This document shows, piece by piece, positions 58,830 to 64,000 of a DNA stretch of 64,000 bases (position 1 is its first letter; each line of letters starts with the position of its first letter). A model generated the notes under the pieces. That model did no database searches. It worked only from the letters and a program-made list of their open reading frames with translations, and had not been told where the DNA came from. Source of the DNA: Candidatus Heimdallarchaeota archaeon (GTDB lineage: Archaea > Asgardarchaeota > Heimdallarchaeia > Hodarchaeales > Hodarchaeaceae); contig JBHLSH010000009.1 in the NCBI GenBank assembly GCA_048881705.1, positions 8,466-72,465 on the forward strand, in the 5' to 3' direction. Made by a program: the position numbers and the translations under genes.

Positions 58830-61028
58830 CTATTTCCTTCGATTCCTTTTGGTAACCACTACAAACGTGTTTAGCACCGAAAGAATGACTAAGATTGATG
58901 GAAAGGAGGATGATTTCGGGATGCTCAATCCTATTGGTGTGACACTTACCTCGATGGAAAACCCACTCTCCCCGATGGCATTCATTGCTGTTACCACATA
59001 GTAATAGGTCGTATTTCCCTGTACCAAGGTGTCATTGAAGCTGCCCGTCATTGTGATACCCATAAACCTATATTCACCCGCGGTGGTACCCCGGTAGACC
59101 CGATACTGCGTGATTGTCGATCCGCCATCATCCGTGGGCGCAGCCCAGCTTAATGTAACAAAATTCTCACCTGCAGTAGCGGAAAGATCTATGGGCGCAC
59201 TCGGAACCGCTACCCCAGGTTCTCGAGGGTTCTCCACCTGAAGTTGAATGGAAGCAGACTCCTGCCTTCCCAGCGCGCTGACTGCTATCACTACTACTGG
59301 GATAGCCCCATTCTCTGATATGGTACTATCCCATGAACAACCAAACGGGATGCTTTCATCAACGGCTATTAAACGGCCTCCAACATAGAAAAAGACCGTA
59401 TCGATCCCATTTGGAGCATCTGCCGAAACAGCGATAGTGATCACCCCTGCCACAGTACTATTGTCTTGGGGACTAATTATTCGAACCTGGGGCCTAGGAT
59501 TTTCTATGGTAAAGGAAATCACCACTTTATCCAGAACTGGGGAAGAATCTTGAGTCTCATCAGATTCGAAAAAGACCCGATAGCGTAAAAACTGAGCTAA
59601 TCCTTCAAAAGGAAACGATGAATTGGAAACAGATGTATAGACAAAATCCAAATCATTGGTAGTATTGGACAGCCCAACCTGAACCTTTAATGATGTATTT
59701 ACAGGCGGATCAGACGGAGCCCATCCTATATTTCCCATTATTTCGTAAATATTTCCAAAAGATGTTATTTTTGATTCCAACCTCCCCTTTAGGGCATATT
59801 TAGGGGATAAAATCCACGTTTCTCCATTGGCAGGAAAACCCCCAAACAATACTACTTGGGCGGATTGCGGATCACAGACCATTCCGAAGTCCCATCTTGG
59901 GTTAGGTGCAATGTCGGTATCTACTGAAGTCCAATTATTTAAATCTAAATCATAGATCCAAGTATCTGCTAAGTAAGAACCACCGCTTCCCCCAAATAAA
60001 ATCACTTTATCATTGATTGTGTCATAGGCCATACCATGCCATGCTCGTGCACTCGGTGCAACCTGAGGGTTCAATTCCGTCCAGTTGTTAGCCAGCAGAT
60101 CATACACCCAGGTGTCCCCCCGAAATCCAGTCTGATCACTGTCCCCTCCAAATAAAATCACCTTAGCGGAACTTGAATCATAAACCATACGATGAAAGGC
60201 CCGTCCGCTTGGTGCCGTAGAAGGTTTCATTTCTGTCCAGGTATTTGTGAGCAGATCATATGCCCACGTATCATCCGTATACATGAAACTCGTGTTAAGA
60301 CCCCCGAATAAGATCACTTTCCGCGAATTTGAATCATACACCATGCTGGCTCCTAGTCGTGCATCTGGCCCAGTAGGAGGATTCATCTCCGTCCAGATAT
60401 TCGTCAATAGCTCATAGACCCAGGTGTCCGCATAATCCGCCAGACCCTCTCCTCCAAACAGGATCACTTTATGCGAGTCCGAATCATACGCCATCGTATG
60501 CCATCGCCTTTTAGGTGGCGCGGTGGAGGGATTCATTTGTGTCCAGGTGTTCGTGGGTAATTCATAAACCCAAGTGTCTGCAAAATAGGCATGAGTGTTG
60601 TCATCCCCTCCAAACAAAACCCCTTTTTGCGAATGCGAATCAAACACCATAGGCATTGCATATCGATCGCTAGGAGCCATTACGGAAATGTTTTTCCATT
60701 CATAATTCATCCCTCCTTTTTCCATTTCTACGGCTCCCGCCTCGTTGAGGGTCACATTTTCCAGTTTCCCCTCCATAAATTCTTCAGACCCCTCAGAAAT
60801 ACTCCCTGAGGTTTGAACCTTGCTGGTTAAACCCTCATATATCCTTGAACCTCGAAATCTCATCATTTCACGATCCTTAGCTATTTCTGGATACTGAAAA
60901 GGTTCTGTTTTTTGTCTCGACTGATTTTCGAAACTGGGAATGCCAATTACACCTCCAAAACTCCCCACCAGTAGGCAACTAAGGATCATTCCAAATCCTA
61001 TTCTACGGGTAAACTTTAATTCCATCAT
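58830..61028 (-). CDS. Secreted/membrane-anchored Kelch-propeller + Ig-like + fibronectin type III protein
   Basis: About six P..R..h.M.YD....ILFGG...DTW.YD Kelch repeats; a SPQDNSTVAG Ig-like domain; an FN3 domain (LSWAAPTDDGG...YYYVVTAMN.IGES); C-terminal hydrophobic segment and basic tail. Confidence 0.9.
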   Translation of the reverse strand: MMELKFTRRIGFGMILSCLLVGSFGGVIGIPSFENQSRQKTEPFQYPEIAKDREMMRFRGSRIYEGLTSKVQTSGSISEGSEEFMEGKLENVTLNEAGAVEMEKGGMNYEWKNISVMAPSDRYAMPMVFDSHSQKGVLFGGDDNTHAYFADTWVYELPTNTWTQMNPSTAPPKRRWHTMAYDSDSHKVILFGGEGLADYADTWVYELLTNIWTEMNPPTGPDARLGASMVYDSNSRKVILFGGLNTSFMYTDDTWAYDLLTNTWTEMKPSTAPSGRAFHRMVYDSSSAKVILFGGDSDQTGFRGDTWVYDLLANNWTELNPQVAPSARAWHGMAYDTINDKVILFGGSGGSYLADTWIYDLDLNNWTSVDTDIAPNPRWDFGMVCDPQSAQVVLFGGFPANGETWILSPKYALKGRLESKITSFGNIYEIMGNIGWAPSDPPVNTSLKVQVGLSNTTNDLDFVYTSVSNSSFPFEGLAQFLRYRVFFESDETQDSSPVLDKVVISFTIENPRPQVRIISPQDNSTVAGVITIAVSADAPNGIDTVFFYVGGRLIAVDESIPFGCSWDSTISENGAIPVVVIAVSALGRQESASIQLQVENPREPGVAVPSAPIDLSATAGENFVTLSWAAPTDDGGSTITQYRVYRGTTAGEYRFMGITMTGSFNDTLVQGNTTYYYVVTAMNAIGESGFSIEVSVTPIGLSIPKSSSFPSILVILSVLNTFVVVTKRNRRK

Positions 61029-61359
61029 CCGGCCTTTTTTCCACCAATTTCAAAGGATGCTCACTCAACAGTGGTCGTTTGACTTTCATCCTTTTCACCT
61101 CACGATCACTTATTAAGTTAACTACCCTCATACCCCCTTTTTTTCCATCAATTAATCATCTGTGTAAAGACGGCGAAGCATCAATCTGTATGCATTAAAA
61201 AAGGCCTTCTGGAATTCTATTCTCCTCTTTCACGGGATTGGAGCCCCTCTTCGACTACAAATCGAGGCCACACCGCTTTACCTCTCCTTTACCAGGCAAA
61301 CTCAGCCAGCTTTCCTCATAAGGCTCCCTCTAGAAGTTTATACTGCTTATGGATTATTT

Positions 61360-61500
61360 TCACCCCTTTTTTTCCTCTACTTCCCCTCTTCTCCCCCCTT
61401 CCCACCCTGATCCCTTTTCCCCCCCTCCAAGCCCTCTCTTCTTTGCCCTTCATTCGCCTCCCTCCCATTTCCCTGTTTCTCCCCCTCGTTTTCCCCGCGG
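61360..61500 (+). repeat. Low-complexity polypyrimidine tract
   Basis: About 140 bp almost entirely C/T on the plus strand. Confidence 0.85.
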
Positions 61501-61527
61501 TACCGCGTCTAGACCCTGGTAGTAGGG

Positions 61528-61535
61528 TTTAAATA
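61528..61535 (+). promoter_or_regulatory. Putative TATA box of the 23S rRNA transcription unit
   Basis: TTTAAATA about 380 bp upstream of the mature 23S start, followed by a hairpin-rich leader. Confidence 0.6.
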
Positions 61536-61909
61536 GGGGATTGGTTCCAGCTTATCTGCTTATATCCCTGCGGAACCGCAACCCCTCGTCACGGTGAGGA
61601 GACAACGGGTTCCACTGATCCGCACATTAACCTCACAACCCCCCAGCGGTTAGGAAACGTTCTCCCTAAAACGTGGGTCAAGCGTAGCTGGAGCACCCTG
61701 TATCCACTTCGATACTAAGTACCCCACGGCGTCAGTCGTGGTCGAATATACGGGTGCGGTCGTCCTGGCGACGGGAATTCTCTTTTTTCGATCATCCCCT
61801 GACCATTGTCTTAACAGCGTACAGACATCAGATCGATTCCTCCCCACTCTAAATCCTCAATCGATTGTTCGAATCCTAATACTAGGCGAAAGAGGACTGC
61901 TCTCAGTAA

Positions 61910-64000
61910 ACCAGCAAGCTACTACGCCATGCAATGGATGCCTGGGCACGGGTGCCGATGAAGGACGTGACAAGCTGCGATATGCCGCGGTGAGTCGCAC
62001 GTAGACCGAGACCCGCGGATCTCCCAATGGGACCTCCCGGCAGCATCTAATAGATGGTGTCATACCGTCAGGTAAGGTAACCCGCCGAATGGAAACATCC
62101 TATTAGGCGGTGGAAAAGAAAACAATTGCGATTCCCTTAGTAACGGCGAGTGAAATGGGACCAGGGCAAACCGAATCCTGCCAGCAATGGCCAGGAAATG
62201 TAGTGTTGGGGACCTCCATATCGACTGTGGCCGGAAGTCAAAGACCTCTGGAAAGCCGCACCGTAGAGGGTGATAGTCCCGTAGATGTAACGACCCCAGC
62301 CGTAGGAGACCTCCCGAGTAGCGTGGATTGGAAATTCCGCGTGAACCCGGCGGGCAGTGACCGCCAACCCTAAATACACCCCGTGACCGATAGCGCACAG
62401 TAACGTGAGTGAACGGTGAAAAGTAAGGAGCGATCCTGGTGAAAAGACCCTGAAATTGCATGGTTATAGACGTGGCCAGCACGAAAGCTTCGAACCTCTT
62501 GGAAAGCGCTCTTGGCGACGAGAACGCTGACAATAGGTGAGCGGTGTTGGCCCCTCCGTCTCGAAACACGGGCTGGGGAGTTTATCTCGGTGGCAAGGTT
62601 AAGTGGTTCCCCCACGCAACCGCAGCGAAAGCAACCGCACACATCCTGCCTCGGCAGACCAGGTGCGACGTCTGAAAGGGCGTGGAGTCACCGGGGTAAT
62701 ACCAGAAACCCGACGATCTTCGCGTGAGCAGGCTGAAGGCAGGGGAAACCCTGTTGGAGGGCCGAATACGAGCTCAAGTGCAACTGGCCGTTATGACTTG
62801 CGTGAAGGGGCAAAAGACCAATCTAGTCGGGTGATAGCTGGTTCCTGCAGAAGTGGACCATAGTCCAGTGTCGAGTGAATAGGTCGCCGTGGTAGAGCCC
62901 GGATTGGGTCACCTGGAGAGTAAAATCTCTGGGCCCCTTTCAAACTTCGAATGCGGTGACTATGTCGACCTCGGCAAACGGGCATATGGGGGTAAGCCCC
63001 ATAGCCGAAACGGGAACAACCGAGCCTGGGGTTAAGGGCCCTAAATGTAGGCTAAGTGTTAAACAGAAGGCTGTGGCTGGACGAAGACAGCCGGAACGTA
63101 GGAATAGAAGCTCCCATCGTCTAAGGAGTGCGTAACAGCTCACCGGTTAAGTTTGACCGCGCTGAAAATGGACGGGGCTAAGCCTAACTCCCGATACCCC
63201 AGAGTATGTCCCCTCATAATCTGGTATGCAGGCGTATTGGCTGGACAGAAGGCGGGCAGAAATGTCCTCTGGACCAACCAATATCGAAAATCCCAGTAGT
63301 AGTATGCAGCAAAGAATGGTGAGAATCCATTCCGCCGAAAGCACTAGGGTTCCTGGTCAATGGTCGTCAAACCAGGGTAAGTCGATCCTAAGTGAAGGCT
63401 TAACCTGCCTCTCACGATAGGGAAACGGGTTTATATTCCCGTACCATGCGGATGTGATGGCGACAGAGGCCGCACGGCCGACGCGCACCGATAAGTTGTG
63501 TAGGGTCCCCACCTTACTTAACTTGCGAAACCTGGGAAGTAGCGTCAAGCTGAGAACCAGGTGAATCAAGGAATAGGCTGTCAATAGTGACGGCTACAGC
63601 TGATTCGAGGCGCCCGTGAAAACGCCGCGCGGACGGATTCCGCATGTTCGTACCCAGAACCGACACAGGAGTGCTGGGTGAGTAGCCCAAGGCGTGTTCG
63701 AGGTTATTCTCCTAAGGGAATTCGGCAAAATCGTCTCGTACCTTCGGAAGAAGGGATGGGTGTGGCGCCAGCAACCCTGGCACCCGCACCTCGCAGAGAC
63801 CAGGGGCGGCGAACTGTTTACTAAAAACATAGCAGTGCGCTAGTCCGAAAGGATGTGAACGCAGTGTGAATCCTGCACAGTGGCAGGTCGTGAAAGCTCG
63901 GTCCAACGGGCCTAAGCCCTGCTAAACTGCGGGAGTAACTATAACTCTCTTAAGGTAGCCATATGCCTTGTCAGGTAAGTTCTGACGTGCATGAACGGAT
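61910..64000 (+). rRNA. rrl: 23S rRNA, archaeal; 5' end approximate, truncated at the window end
   Basis: Conserved segments GATGAAGGACGTG, GAGTGAACGGTGAAAAG, GATAGCTGGTTC, AAGGGAATTCGGCAA, CTGTTTACTAAAAACA and GTAACTATAACTCTCTTAAGGTAGC (helix 69-70). Confidence 0.97.

Noticed and set aside
61650-63906. Many short ORFs on both strands in the ORF track
   Set aside because: They lie within the rRNA leader and 23S rRNA; they are spurious frames in GC-rich structural RNA.
1-64000. Transposases, integrases, provirus or replication origin
   Set aside because: No DDE, RuvC or tyrosine-recombinase motifs, terminal inverted repeats, capsid genes, cdc6 or ORB repeats were recognised.

Overview
Archaeal genomic window, most likely from an Asgard archaeon and probably Heimdallarchaeia/Hodarchaeales-like. 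The lineage is inferred from gene content (archaeal translation genes, heme A synthase, TPR/Kelch/Ig-repeat expansions), not from a database match. Left to right: a fatty-acid activation/beta-oxidation operon with a stand-alone SCP2; flavin reductases; decayed genes; a compact heme A synthase; a MoxR-type AAA ATPase with a TraB/TIKI-like plus degenerate-vWA partner; site-2 protease and CoaD; an unexplained hairpin-rich ~320 nt stretch and a small accessory block; argF; a Urm1/SAMP-like protein with an extension after GG; tRNA-Gly(CCC) with two BHB introns; cofE; a 12-kb operon encoding a 1709-aa Ig-repeat surface protein with DUF4129, DUF4350, MoxR, DUF58 and a membrane protein; acs; a coiled-coil protein with three PRC-barrel-like repeats; map; a helical protein with a 75-bp tandem repeat; aIF-1; RpoP; a B12 acyl-CoA mutase with isobutyryl-CoA-mutase-type residues; surE; tRNA-His; a rearranged S10/spc cluster (rps19 inverted, ending at rps14); TPR-HEPN and TPR proteins; a DoxX/HxlR pair; a Kelch-Ig-FN3 surface protein; and the 5' ~2.1 kb of a 23S rRNA gene with its own promoter and no upstream 16S. 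Three genes absent from the ORF track were recovered by hand: the acyl-CoA ligase at 1-692, rpoP and rps14. All family calls come from motif recognition by eye; no searches were run.
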